63,095 nt of DNA, taken from positions 1 through 63,095 of the forward strand of contig NW_021831872.1 of assembly GCF_006345805.1 (NCBI RefSeq), read 5' to 3'. Of this stretch, positions 36,598 to 50,561 are shown in pieces (position 1 is the first letter of the stretch; each line of letters opens with the position of its first letter). This stretch comes from Octopus sinensis. Taxonomy: Eukaryota. Below the pieces are notes generated by a model. The model saw only the letters and a list, made by a program, of their open reading frames with translations, was not told the DNA's origin and searched no databases. The position numbers and the translations under genes were made by a program.

Positions 36598-37150
36598 TTT
36601 TTCAGATCAGTTTCAAGCAATCTGTATATCACAGCTTCGGTTTCAAAGAAGGATCTTTTTCCAGAACGTAATTCTCCATAGAATAGCTGTTTCCTAATTC
36701 TTTCATCTTCCATTTGATACAATAACAAATATCCATCTCTGCCTGCTCTGCTATTTGAGCTGTTCACAGCCTATGATATTTGCTAATTCCAACACATCAC
36801 TTTGCTTGCATAGTGTAAGATGTATGCAAAATTTGACGGAAGTAAATCCTTAAAGAGACTATTTGTTAAAAACGCTCCAGCTGTTTAACATAGTTTTGAA
36901 TTCTTCATACAAAAAAATTCTTCAGGCTAAAAAAACAAAAAGGAGTCTCTTTACGTTATATAAATCGCTTGGTCTACTGGTCTTCAACTAGACAGGCAGA
37001 ATTCAAGTTGACTTTGTCAGTCTTTCAAATTCATTTAACCACGATCGAATCAAGACAATGAAGCCACCCTCATTTTTTTTTATGGTTCCGCAGGAGTTTA
37101 AAGGATATCTGGGCTCTCTGTCCAATAATGATAACAGCCAAAACGTTTTT
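36598..37150 (-). mobile_element. RTE-clade LINE 3' fragment, heavily decayed
   Basis: KQLERF, RQILH and MEDERIRKQLFYGELRSGKRS..TDLKK match the RTE C-terminal RM.DxRIPKQLFYGEL..GKR motif. Confidence 0.7.
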
Positions 37151-37424
37151 TCAAATCACACTCTACGAGTTAGACAAAGAGATGCAAAACTGTATAATAT
37201 AATCCGAGACACCATGTCCAAAATCCAGACCAATAGTCACGACTACAGGGTGCTTTTTGTCATGGTACTTCTCAATCTAACATCTAACCAGGGCTTAAAC
37301 TACGACTACAACAACTATGTCAGTGCATTTGTGCATGGGAATGAACCCGAAACGACATGGTTGTAAACCGAGCTTTTTAGCCACACAGCAATGCCTGTGC
37401 CTTTCCATAAATACATTCATATAT

Positions 37425-37511
<87 letters not shown>

Positions 37512-37584
37512 TCAGAAATACATTCACAGTACCCCCCTACTGTCACGTTCGTGTTAGATTGACAGTATGCAACCCTTATATATA

Positions 37585-37951
<367 letters not shown>

Positions 37952-38386
37952 ATGTATACATACATACATACATATGTATGTATATACACATATGAATATA
38001 TGCGTGTGTGTGTGTGTGCATGTGAGTTTGTGTACCTATATACACACGCACGAATCGATCTTGGCCAAAATTCTCAAGAATGAGTTTTTAGTTATTTGTT
38101 CAATACGTGATTCATAGAATTAGCGCGTTTAAGCGGTAGAGTATTCCGCAAATATGCGTAGCCTTAATGTCATTGTGAGGCGCAGTCAGTCAGAATAGGG
38201 TCACGGTTTTGAACCTTTAAATTACAGAGAGGATCCATCCGAACGACTTCCATGTAATTTCCGTTGATCCATATAGATTCCATATAGTTTCCGTTGATCA
38301 CTTGTCACGTAACTGAATCTAAACTGATATTTGGTGAATGCATAGCAAACCTCTTAATCATTTAACCATGTCCATGTAGAAATACG

Positions 38387-38633
38387 TGGAGGCGCGTGGC
38401 TTAGTGGTTAGGGTGTTGAACTCATGATCGTAAGGTTGTGGTTTCGATTCCTGGACCGCGCGATGCGTTGTGTCCTTGAGCAAAACACTTCATTTCACGT
38501 TGCTCCAGTCCACTCAGCTGGCAAAAATGAGTAATCCCGCGACAGACCAGCATCCCGTCCAGGTGGGGGATTTCTACGCCACTGAAACCGGGAAACCAGC
38601 CCTTATGAGCCTGGCATGGCTCGAGAAGGAACA
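38387..38633 (+). mobile_element. Family C tRNA-derived SINE
   Basis: tggaggcgcgtggcttagtggttagggtgttgaactcatgatcgtaaggttgtggtttcgattcc head. Confidence 0.85.
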
Positions 38634-38967
38634 TTTTTAAAAATTTTTATGTATAAATACACTGTCTTGTTTAATGTTGTTTGTGTTGGTTATTTTGTAT
38701 CGCTGTTCTTCTGCAGTTTCTGTTTATAGTTATTGAAATTCGAATAAATTTTACCTCTTTTCAGACATATAATGATGGAGCGCAAAGTAAAAAATTTATT
38801 TTTATTATTATTTAACTAACATTGGGAAATTAAAAAAGAAAGAAAATATAGAGATTATGGAAATCGTCATGGTATTCTAATGACTTTTTAAATATCAATA
38901 AACTGAAATTTATTCTAAAATTTTGGCGCATTCTCAACTTCAAAAATTTTCTGATATATGTATATAT

Positions 38968-39015
<48 letters not shown>

Positions 39016-39024
39016 GTGTGGTGT

Positions 39025-39066
<42 letters not shown>

Positions 39067-39219
39067 ATATATATATATATTATATATATATATATATAAT
39101 ATATATATATAAATATATAGATAATATATATATACATACATGTATGTGTGTGTGTACCTGCGTTTGTATGTATATGTATGTGTGCATACATGCATACATA
39201 CATATATATATATATATAA

Positions 39220-39609
39220 CTAGCAGTATCGCCCGGCGTTGCTCGGGTTTGTAAGGGAAATAATTATATAAGCATTTTTAGAGATGTAAAGTATAATAGC
39301 CATCTCAATATGGCTAACCACAAAGGGGGAGGGGTGTTACTGTAGCTCTTTACGTTCTGAGATTTAATAAGAAATTTTAGAGAGTTACTTCCTTATATAT
39401 GTCAAAAATGGATTAAAAATGGGAAAAATTGATGGTAATTTTTTTTTAAATCGTAGACTCATCGTAGACGCGCGCTAATACCAGACGGTCTCGATATGAA
39501 TCACGACTATAAGATACCCGGTTTTGGTTAAACTGCACCGCAAAATGTGGGAGTAGTTAGGATCTAAATCGTAGGAGACAGACCAACAACCTCACTTTAT
39601 ATATAAAGA
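39220..39609 (-). mobile_element. Non-autonomous Helitron H1 (subtype a)
   Basis: Minus strand a|TCTTTATATAT...CCCGAGCAACGCCGGG-cgatactg-CTAG|t: 5' TC, 3' GC hairpin plus CTAG, AT target. Confidence 0.85.
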
Positions 39610-39670
39610 TTTCCTCTATTTAATAATATTGAGGTCTCTTTCTTTCTTTTGTTATCTTATGTTTTTACCA

Positions 39671-39711
<41 letters not shown>

Positions 39712-39725
39712 TATATATAGTTACA

Positions 39726-40041
39726 GAGATGTACTTGCATAGCAAGTGACTTGATCTGAGATCGTGTGCTGGAACGAAAACAGTTGCAGCGTTGAAGGTG
39801 TTTATAAGCCATTTAAGAAACACACAAAACCGTTAGATTCACTTCAACATTTAAATTTAATTTGTCAAAATATTTTCGTCGCTTTGAGACCGCGACCTGT
39901 TAGCACGATTTTTTGTCAGTGAACAGGTCGCGGTCTCAAAGCGAGGAAAATATTTTGGCAAATTAAATTTAAATGTTGAAGTTAATCTAACGGTTTTTGT
40001 GTGTTTCTTAAATGGCTTACAAACACCTTCCACGCTGCAAT
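39726..40041. mobile_element. Family G pLTR-like element forming a ~115-bp-arm hairpin, with a variant hammerhead at 39914-39960(+)
   Basis: Arms 39785-39901 and 39922-40040. Motif TGTCA-GTGAACAG-GTCGC..GCGA(C/G)-GAAA-ATA-TTT-TG(A/G)CA. Confidence 0.75.
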
Positions 40042-40998
40042 ATATATATATACACACATATATATATATGTATGTATGTATGTATGTGTGTATATGTGTA
40101 TGCATGTATGTGTGTGTGTGTGCGTGTCTGTGCTTGTGATTGTCCTCCACCACTGCTTGACAACGAATGTTGGTTTGTTACATCCTGTCACCTAGTGGTT
40201 TGACAAAGGAAACAGATAGAATAAGTACAATGCTTACAAAAATAAAACTGGAGTTGATTCATTAAACTACAATTCTTCAAGGTATTGCCCCAGCATGGCC
40301 ACAGACCAATGGCTGGAAAAAAGCAGAAGAATAAAAGAATACATTCTCTGCTTTGGTCTTATGTTCAAGGCATGAGAAAGCTTGAGTTTACATGAGAAGG
40401 CCTAACAGACCTGGTAGAAACAGCAGCCAAATCTCCCTCAAATCACACCTTACTGTCTTATGTATGTATATATATATGAGCCAATGAGGGGGACCTCTAC
40501 ATGTACCTAGACCTGGTAGAAATAGCAGCAAAATTTCCCCCAAATCACACCTTACTGTCTTATCTATGTATATATGTATGTATGAGCCTATGAGGGAGAC
40601 CCCTACATGGCAGCTAGACATGGTAGAAATAGCAGCCAAATCTCCCTCAAATCACACCTTACTGTCTTATGTATGTATATATATATATACATACATGTGT
40701 GTATAGATGAATATATAAATACATTAAATATCTATATACACTTTTGGGCGATCTTTCTGCTTCTTAGAGATAACTTTAGATGTTAATTCGTCCTAAATAA
40801 CTTTGTATGAATTGAAAAAGTAAATGAATTGAAATTCTAAAAGAAAGGAATTTGTTTACATACATGTGTAAAATGGCAAATGTTTGTGCAGTTGTCGATG
40901 GAACTGGAAATGATGTATATAATGAATAGTCCTTCTTCTTGTGAATATTAATTTGATTAATATGAACTGAAAACCAGTGGTGTAGCATAGGTGATCTT

Positions 40999-41701
40999 CT
41001 AGCAAAAAGGATGACCAGTCTGAATGGGTCGTCCCTGTCACACACACACACACACACTCTCTCTCACACACACGCACGCACACACACACACACACAGACA
41101 CAACGCACACACACACACACCACCACACGTTAGCTTACAATGTCTGTCAACAATTGACACTGTCGTATATATTAGCGTGTCTATGTGTCTAATGAGGAAG
41201 TGGGAGTAATAGGCAGAGTAAAGGCTTCAAAGTGAAATGTTAAAATATTGAGTTTTCTCGAATTTTGTCTTAATTGGGGTGTTGAAATTGAAAGAAACTT
41301 TGTATGGCATGAACCAATGGAAGTTCTTTGAAAAATCATAAGGTAAAGTCTAATTGAAGAAATTGTGTGAGAGAGTAAATATATGTATTTATTTGTTTCT
41401 GTTTGCTGCTTTCTTTTTAAATATTACATCTAGTTTCACTTTATTCGTTGCACACTGTGTGTGTGCGTTTGCGCGTGTGCTGTAAACCAGACTAAGAAAA
41501 GCATTGACATATACACCAGAATGTGAGTTTTCTGTAAATTTTGCTTAATTGGAGTTTAAATTTTAAAAACTGGACCTGGCATGACCCGATGCATTCTACT
41601 CTTAAAAATGCTAGGTAAATTGTAATGAATGAAGAAATCTATATTGTAGATTTATATAACTTACAAAGGGAGGGAGATAAAATCTGCCTTTATATAAGAG
41701 A
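40999..41701 (-). mobile_element. Non-autonomous Helitron H2
   Basis: Minus strand a|TCTCTTATATAAAGGCAGATTTTATC...GGACGACCCA-ttcagac-TGGTCATCC-tttttg-CTAG. Confidence 0.7.
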
Positions 41702-41705
41702 TAGA

Positions 41706-41758
<53 letters not shown>

Positions 41759-42104
41759 GTGTGTGTTGTGTGGGTGTGTGTGTGTGTGTGTGGTTGTGTG
41801 TGTGTGTGTATGTATGTATGTGTGAATGTATATGTACGTATGTATGTGTTGTAGTATGTAAAGGTAAGATTTAAGGATCAAGGTGTAGCAAAATAGCAAG
41901 CTTCGGGCAGCCGTAGAAGGTTAGTAGGTTTAAAAAACAACGTTCAGGAACAATAGTGACGTAGAAGGTGGTAAATTTTCCCCGTATCGATGTTCGATGA
42001 GCTGAAAAAATTGTTTTATAACTTACAGCTAGCAGCTGGGTTTGCTATGTATTGGAATAGAAATCCCAAATGGAGTTGATAAAATATGAAATTTATATAT
42101 ATGT

Positions 42105-42138
<34 letters not shown>

Positions 42139-43175
42139 GGTAAAAGAACATTCTCTTCCGCATTCAATTACAGGCATACATTTTCTCTAAAATCTGTTCT
42201 GATGATTCACCGAAACGAGATGAAAGTGCTAAATAAGTAATCATCCAAAATTCTTACTAGCTCCTTTTTCTTAAATGTGTGCGTATGTGTGTGCGTGCAC
42301 GTGTGTGTGTGTGTGATGTTGAGGGTTGTGTGTGTGTGTGTGTGTGGTTATGAAGATATGATGATGTTTATACACTTACGCCTTTAGTAACCATACAAGA
42401 TGAGAGGCCGCTTGTGTAATTCATTCACAATTGCCTAATTGCTACTAAATCTATGCAAAGTGAAGCAAGTCTTCTAAGTCTTACTAAAGAAGGATCTGAC
42501 GGATCCAGGCATCCAGCTGTTGAAGGGAACCAGCATTGATAGTTAAAAAAACCAGATCATCGTGCCTGATAGTAGATCAAACCTGACAGACTGCCATTTG
42601 GAAAGTGCATGTTGCTTGATCACTGTTGTGTAGTTGTTTACACGAAAAAATTTATCTCAACATATTATGTGCAGTGGTGTGTGTGTGTGTGTGAGCGCGA
42701 ACGAATATAAACATATTTCTATAAATACACGCATAAACATGGACATACACGAACAGACGCATTCACACACATATGTTTACATACATTTTGTACGTATGTT
42801 TATTGACGTTTGTCTATGGGTTCAGATGGAGAGAGGAGAAGATTGTATTGTATTATATATGTGCGTATTTATACGTTTACGTATTTATACGAGTACGTAT
42901 TTACATATGTACGTATATATACACATACATACATATTTATGCATATATATATATATATAGTTCGACGAGAACGAGACGTGTTCTGTCCTCACCTTCGAAA
43001 CACGCTGGAGTTGAACTAGGGACAGCTGATGAAGGGGATTTTCTTTGTGTGTTTGTCTTGTACTCTGATTTTTCGTTGTTAAAAAAAGGTCCGTTTCATG
43101 CTTGTTTTTACGTTTTCGTTTCTCGTTGAGTTCTACGTCTATTTGTGGTGTCCTGTACACACGTATATATATTTA

Positions 43176-43557
43176 CTAGCAGTATCGCCCGGCGTTGCTC
43201 GGGTTTGTAAGGGAAATAACTATATAAGCATTTTTAAGCCAAAAAATAGCAAAAAAATGCATTAAAAATGGAAAAAAAATTAAGGAACATTTTTTTTAAA
43301 TCGTTGACACATCGTAGATATTTTAGAGAGTTACTTCCCTTATATTAGCGAAAAAAATGCATTAAAATGGAAAATACGATGGTAATTTTTTTAAATCGTA
43401 GACTCATCGTAGACGCGCGCTAATACCCAGACGGTCTCGATATGAATCACGACTATAAGATACCCGGTTTTGGTTAAACTGCACCGCAAAATGTGGGAGT
43501 AGTTAGGAATCTAAATCGTAGGAGACAGACAACAAACCTCACTTTTATATATAAAGA
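43176..43557 (-). mobile_element. Helitron H1, a/b chimera
   Basis: Same termini as 39220. The left half is like 48524 and the right half is like 39220. Confidence 0.85.
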
Positions 43558-43619
43558 TTTCCTCTATTACATAATATTGAGGTCTCTTTCTTTCTTTTGT
43601 TATCTTACTGTTTTTACCA

Positions 43620-43681
<62 letters not shown>

Positions 43682-45637
43682 TATATATATAGTTACAGAG
43701 ATGTACTGCATAGCAAGTGACTTGATCTGAGATCGTGTGCTGGAACGAAAACAGTTGCAGCGTTGAAGGTGTTTATAAGCCATTTAAGAAACACACAAAA
43801 ACCGTTAGATTCACTTCAACATTTAATTTAATTTGTCAAAATATTTTCGTCGCTTTGAGACCGCGACCTGTTAGCACGATTTTTTGTCAGTGAACAGGTC
43901 GCGGTCTCAAAGCGAGGAAAAATATTTTGGCAAATTAAATTTAAATGTTGAAGTGAATCTAACGGTTTTTGTGTGTTTCTTAAATGGCTTACAAACACCT
44001 TCCACGCTGCAATATATATACACACATATATATATATGTATGTATGTATGTATGTGTGTATATGTGTATGCATGTATGTGTGTGTGTGTGCGTGTCTGTG
44101 CTTGTGATTGTCCTCCACCACTGCTTGACAACGAATGTTGGTTTGTTTACATCCCTGTCACCTAGTGGTTTGACAAAGGAAACAGATAGATAAGTACAAT
44201 GCTTACAAAAAAATAAAACTGGAGTTGATTCATTAAACTACAATTCTTCAAGGTATTGCCCCAGCATGGCCACAGACCAATGGCTGGAAAAAGCAGAAGA
44301 ATAAAAGAATACATTCTCTGCTTTGGTCTTATGTTCAAGGCATGAGAAAGCTTGAGTTTACATGAGAAGGCCTAACAGACCTGGTAGAAACAGCAGCACA
44401 AATCTCCCTCAAATCACACCTTACTGTCTTATGTATGTATATAGATATGAGCCAATGAGGGGGACCTCTACATGGTACCTAGACCTGGTAGAAATAGCAG
44501 CCAAATTTCCCCCAAATCACACCTTACTGTCTTATCTATGTATATATGTATGTATGAGCCTATGAGGGAGACCCCTACATGGCAGCTAGACATGGTAGAA
44601 ATAGCAGCAAATCTCCCTCAAATCACACCTTAATGTCTTATATATGTATGTATATATACATACCTAGATACACATACATTGATAAATATCTATATACACT
44701 TTTGGGCGATCTTTCTGCTTCTTTGAGAGATAACTTTAGATGTTATATTCGTCCTAAATAACTTTGTATGAATTGAAAAATTAAATGAATTGAAATTCTA
44801 AAAGAAAGGAATTGTTTACATACATGTGTAAAATGGCAAATGTTTGTGCAGTTGTCCGATGAGAACTGATGTATTATAATGAACAGTCCTTCTTCTTGTG
44901 AATATTAATTGATTATATGAACTGAAAACCAGTGGTGTAGCATAGGTGATCTTCTAGCAAAAAGGAGACCAGTCTGAATGGGTCGTCCCTGTCACACACA
45001 CACAACACACACACACACACACACACCCTCACACACACGCACACACACACACACACAACAGACCACACGCAGACACACGTTAGCTTACAATGTCTGTCAA
45101 CAATTACACTGTCGTATTATTAGCGTGTCTATGTGTCTAATGAGGAATGGGAGTAATAGGCAGAGTAAAGCTTCAAAGTGAAATGTTTAAAATATGAGTT
45201 TTCTCGAATTTTGTCTTAATTGGGGGTGAAATTGAAAGAAATTTTGTATGGCATGAACCAATGGAAGTTCTTGAAAATCATAGGTAAAGTCTAATTGAAG
45301 AACTGTGTGAGGAGTAAATCATTATGTATTTTTGTTTCTGTTTGCTGCTTTCTTTTTAAATATTACATCTAGTTTCACTTTATTCGTTGCACACTGTGTG
45401 TGTGCGTTTGCGTGTGCTGTAAACCAGACGAAGAAAAGCATTTGAACATACACACCAGAATGTGAGTTTTCTGTAAATTTTGCTTAATTGGAGTTTAAAT
45501 TTTAAAAACTGGACCTGGCATGACCCGATGCATTCTACTCTAAAAATGCTAGGTACATTGTAATTGAAGAAATCCTATATTTTAGATTTCTATAACTTAC
45601 AAAGGGAGGCAGATAAAATCTGCCTTTTATAATAAGA
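43558..45637. repeat. Duplicate of 39610-41701 (contains a family G hairpin at 43698-44012 and H2 at 44954-45637)
   Basis: Colinear and nearly identical; differences are mostly indels. Confidence 0.95.
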
Positions 45638-47137
45638 CTAGCAGTATCGCCCGGCGTTGCTCGGGTTGTAAGGGAAATAACTATATAAGCATTTTAGAGA
45701 GTTATAGCCAAAAAATAGCAAAAAAATGCATAAAAATTGAAAAAAAATTAAAGAGGAAATTTTTCTTTAATCGTTGAACACATCGTAGATATTTTTAGAG
45801 AGTTACTTCCCTTATATAAAAGCGAAAAAAAATGCATTAAAATGGAAAAATATGATGGTAATTTTTTTTTAAATCGTAGACTCATCGTAGACGCGCGCTA
45901 ATACCCAGAAGGGCTCGTTTTGTTTTTCTGGGTAACTTTCTGTAAAATTATTAAAATTTTGTTCAAACATCGCTATAGAAAATGGGTTATTAGCTAATAT
46001 TCAATGGGTGTACAACAAAATTTTACGTAGAGAATTTGTTTTATGGGTAACTTTCTGTAAAATTATTAAAATTTTGTTCAAACATCGCTATAGGAAAATG
46101 GGTTATTAGCTAATATCCAATGGTGGTATACAACAAAAAATTTACGATAGGGATTAGTGTTATTCTGGGTAACTTTCTGTAAAATTATTAAAATTTTGTT
46201 CAAACATCGCTATAGAAAATGGGTTATTAGCTATATTCAATTGGGTATAAACAAATTTTACGATAGAATTTGTTATTCTGGGTAACTTCTGTAAAATTAT
46301 TAAAATTTTGTTCAAACATCGCTATAGAAAATGAGTTATTAGCTAATATTCAATTGGGTATACAACAAAATTTTACGATAGAATTTGTTATTCTGGGTAA
46401 CTTTCTGTAAAATATTTAAATTTGTTCAAACATCGCTATAGAAAATGAGTTATTAGCTAATATTCAATTGGGTATACAACAAAATTTTACGATAGAATTT
46501 GTTATTATGGGTAACTTTCTGATACCCATAATAATATGTATGGCAAAATAGGCCTTAATTTCATTTAAGTTGTGGGAATAACAAACTATCCTTTCTTTCG
46601 TTTTGTTTACGTTTAGCGTAACGTTCGTTTCTGCCGTAATGATTTCAAATGGGCTCATTCGAAAAAGTAAATAGAAATAGTGTAAGGCTTTACTCTTCTG
46701 GGAAAGTCTGTGGCTTGGTGCAGTTTCTTCAGAAAATCACCGAAAGAAACAGTTTTTAAATTTTCACTCTCCATTCAGGTGCTAATTCGTGTTCTTAATC
46801 GCTGTCGGATTCACTGTTTTCACTTTATAGCTGCCAACTTGCAAAGACAAAGGAGGAGAATGGTGATAGCGTGAGTGAAACAATTCGCTCCCTTTGTGTG
46901 TGTTGCGTTTGCGTGTGGTGTAAACCAGACTAAGAAAAGCATTTGACACACACACCAGATGTGAGTTTTCTGTAACTTTTGCTTAATTGGAGTTTAAATT
47001 TTAAAAACTGGACCTGGCATGACCGATGCATTGTACTCTTAAAACTGCTAGTGAAATTGTAATTGAAGAAATCCTATATTGTAGATTTGTATAACTCCCA
47101 AGGGAGGCAGATAAAATCTGCCTTTTATAATAAGAGA
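45638..47137 (-). mobile_element. Composite Helitron: H2-type 5' end, internal satellite, H1-type 3' end
   Basis: TCTCTTATTATAAAAGGCAG at 47137 and hairpin plus CTAG at 45638; absent from the first duplicate copy. Confidence 0.6.
45928..46525. repeat. ~115-120-bp tandem repeat, about 5 copies
   Basis: gggtaactttctgtaaaattattaaaattttgttcaaacatcgctatagaaaatg.. recurs at about 45928, 46043, 46165, 46278, 46393 and 46508. Confidence 0.95.
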
Positions 47138-47154
47138 TATATATATATATATAT

Positions 47155-47192
<38 letters not shown>

Positions 47193-48523
47193 ATGAATGT
47201 ATATGTACGTATGTATGTGTGTATGTATGTAAAGGTAATATTTAAGGATCAAGGTGTAGCAAAATAGCAAGCTTCGGGCAGCCCGTAGAAGGTTTAAAAA
47301 ACAACGTTCAGGAACAATAGTGACGTAGAAGGTGGTAAATTTTCCCCGTATCGATGTTCGATGAGCTGAAAAAATTGTTTTATAACTTACAGCTAGCAGC
47401 TGGGTTTGCTATGTATTGGAATAGAAATCCCAAATGGAGTTGATAAAATATGAAATTTATATATATGTACACACACACACATATATATATGTAGATAGTA
47501 AAAGAACATTCTCTTCCGCATTCAATTACAGGCATACATTTTCTCTAAAATCTGTTCTGATGATTCACCGAAACGAGATGAAAGTGCTAAATAAGTAATC
47601 ATCCAAAATTCTTACTAGCTCCTTTTTCTTAAATGTGTGCGTATGTGTGTGCGTGCACGTGTGTGTGTGTGTGTGTATGAGTCTGTTTGTGTGTGTGTGT
47701 GTGTAGTGTATGAAGATATGATGATGTTTATACATTTACGCCTTTAGTAACCATACAAGATGAGAGGCCGCTTGTGTAATTCATTCACAATTGCCTAATT
47801 GCTACTAAATCTATGCAAAGTGAAGCAACGTCTTCTAAGTCTTACTAAAGAAGGATCTGACGGATCCAGGCATCCAGCTGTTGAAGGGAAACCAGCATTG
47901 GTTACATAAAAACCAGATCATCGTTCCTGATAATAGATCAAACCTGACAGACTGCCATTTGGAAAGTGCATGTTGCTTGATCACTGTTGTGTAGTTGTTT
48001 ACACGAAAAATTTTATCTCAACATATTTGGCAGTGTGTGTGTGTGTGTGTGTGAGCGCGAACGAATATAAACATATTTCTATAAATACACGCATAAACAT
48101 GGACATACACGAACAGACGCATTCACACACATATGTTTACATACATTTGTACGTATGTTTATTGACGTTTGTCTATGGGTTTCAGATGGAGAAGATTGTA
48201 TTTGTATTATATATGTGCGTATTTATACGTTTACGTATTTATACGAGTACGTATTTACATATGTACGTATATATACACATACATACATATTTATGCATAT
48301 ATATATATATATAGTTCGACGAGACGTGTTCTGTCCTCACCTTCGAAACACGCTGGAGTTGAACTAGGGACAGCTGATGAAGGGGATTTTCTTTGTGTGT
48401 TTGTCTTGTACTCTGTTTTTTCGTTGTTAAAAAAAGGTCCGTTTCATGCTTGTTTTTACGTTTTCGTTTCTCGTTGAGTTCTACGTCTATTTGTGGTGTC
48501 CTGTACACACGTATATATATTTA
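47138..48523. repeat. Duplicate of 41702-43175
   Basis: Colinear and nearly identical. Confidence 0.95.
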
Positions 48524-48918
48524 CTAGCAGTATCGCCCGGCGTTGCTCGGGTTTGTAAGGGAAATAACTATATAAGCATTTTTAGAGAGTTATAGCCAAA
48601 AAATAGCAAAAAAATGCATTAAAAATGGAAAAAAATTAAGGTAAATTTTTTTTTTAAATCGTTGACACATCGTAGATATTTTAGAGAGTTACTTCCCTTA
48701 TATAATAGCGAAAAAATGCATTAAAATGGAAAAATACGATGGTAAATTTTTTTAAATCGTAGACTCATCGTAGACGCGCGCTAATACCCAGAAGGGCTCG
48801 ATATGAATCACGACTATAAGATACCCGGTTTTGGTTAAACTGCACCGCAAAATGTGGGAGTAGTTAGGAATCTAAATCGTAGGAGACAGACACACAACTT
48901 CACTTTTATATACAAAGA
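48524..48918 (-). mobile_element. Non-autonomous Helitron H1 (subtype b)
   Basis: TC...hairpin-CTAG termini at an AT target. Confidence 0.85.
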
Positions 48919-49489
48919 TATAAGCCACGTAGTTATATACACATACTTTGTTATATACATTCTTAAAAGAAAATGTTATTTTGAACACAACATTTATAAA
49001 GAATAAAATATTTTTTGGTTTTTCTTTAAAACGGATGCATACATTTATTAATAACTATATATATGTGTCGTCTGTTTATACATAAACACTGTTTCATACT
49101 GCAATTATATATACATATATCTATATATAATATTATATAATAAAATATATACAGAATATGTGTATATATTTATGTATGTATAAATATATACTGAAAGAAG
49201 CTCGGCTCGCCAATTAATACAACCAAAATTTAACGACAGAAAGTAAATTAAAAACTAATTTACCTTTTCTGTATTGTTATAGCAATTCGACCGTCCGTGT
49301 GTCTTTGCAAATGTGTTGGAATGAGAAATGAGTTGTGTTTGGCGCCTTTTTTTACTAATAACAAACACACACGTCCTGTATGTAGTTGTTTGAAACGTTT
49401 GTGTTTGTCACTGTCATATATGTATGTGTATGCGTGTGTGTGAGGAATGACACACACACACTCACGCACGCACACATGTACATTAATGC

Positions 49490-50054
49490 TTTCGGAGTGA
49501 AATGTTAAAATATTGAGTTTTCTCGAATTTTGTCTTATTTGGGGGTAAAATTGAAAGAAATTTTGTATGGCATGACCCAATGGAAGTACTTTGAAAAATC
49601 ATGGGTAAACTCTAATTGAAGAAATTGTGTGAGGAGTAAATCGTTATGTATTTATTTGTTTCTGTTTGCTGTGTTTTTTTTTTAGTAGTGGTTTAAGGTA
49701 CACTTCTCTCGTTTTATAGAAATAGTTTCACTTTAATCGTTGCATACTTGCAAAGAGAAAGGAGTAGAAATTAGAGTGATAGCGTGAGTGAAGCAGATCG
49801 CTCCCTTTTTGTGTGTGTGTGTGTGCGTGTGCTATAGCCCACACTAAGAAAAGCACTTGACTTACACACCACAATGTGAGTTTTCTCTAAATTTTGCTTA
49901 ATTGGGGTTGAAATTTTAAAAACTGGACCTGGCACGACCCGATTTATTCTACTCTTAAAAATGCTAGGTAAATTGTAATTGAAGAAATCCTATATTGTAG
50001 ATTTCTATAAGAGACAAAGGGAGGCAGATAAAATCTGCCTTTTATAATAAGAGA
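49490..50054 (-). mobile_element. Diverged Helitron H2 copy (3' end not resolved)
   Basis: Homologous to 41230-41701, with the same TCTCTTATTATAAAAGGCAG 5' end. Confidence 0.7.
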
Positions 50055-50213
50055 TATATGCATGTATATATACATGTAGATGTAGGTACGTACATATATG
50101 TTTGTATGTATGCATATATTTTATTTATTACACTATTGTATGACTGAGCGCCTTCGCGTCGATTCGATTCGATTCGTTTGGTTTGGTTTCGTTTCTTCTT
50201 CTCTAAGCTGGTT

Positions 50214-50276
<63 letters not shown>

Positions 50277-50506
50277 GTGTGTGTATGTATGTATATATGT
50301 ACATATGGACATGTATATGTGTATATATATGCGCACACACACGTACGCATATATATACACATATACACATATTCATCAATGTATATATATATATATATAT
50401 TTGTGTGTGAGTATATATATATATATATATATATGCACACATACATACACACAAATAGATAAATATAAGTATTTGCGCAAACATACATATATATACATTT
50501 ATACAA

Positions 50507-50561
<55 letters not shown>

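Noticed and set aside
42480-42600. Minus-strand peptide AGSLQQLDAWIRQI resembling a PH-domain end
   Set aside because: The frame is not preserved in the duplicate at 47830-47950 and there are no convincing splice sites.
42960-43040. GGACAG-CTGATGA-AGGGG with an upstream GAAAC and CTGTCC (also at about 48315-48385)
   Set aside because: I could not build a three-stem junction with consistent pairing. It may be half of a permuted pLTR hammerhead, but this is unsupported here.
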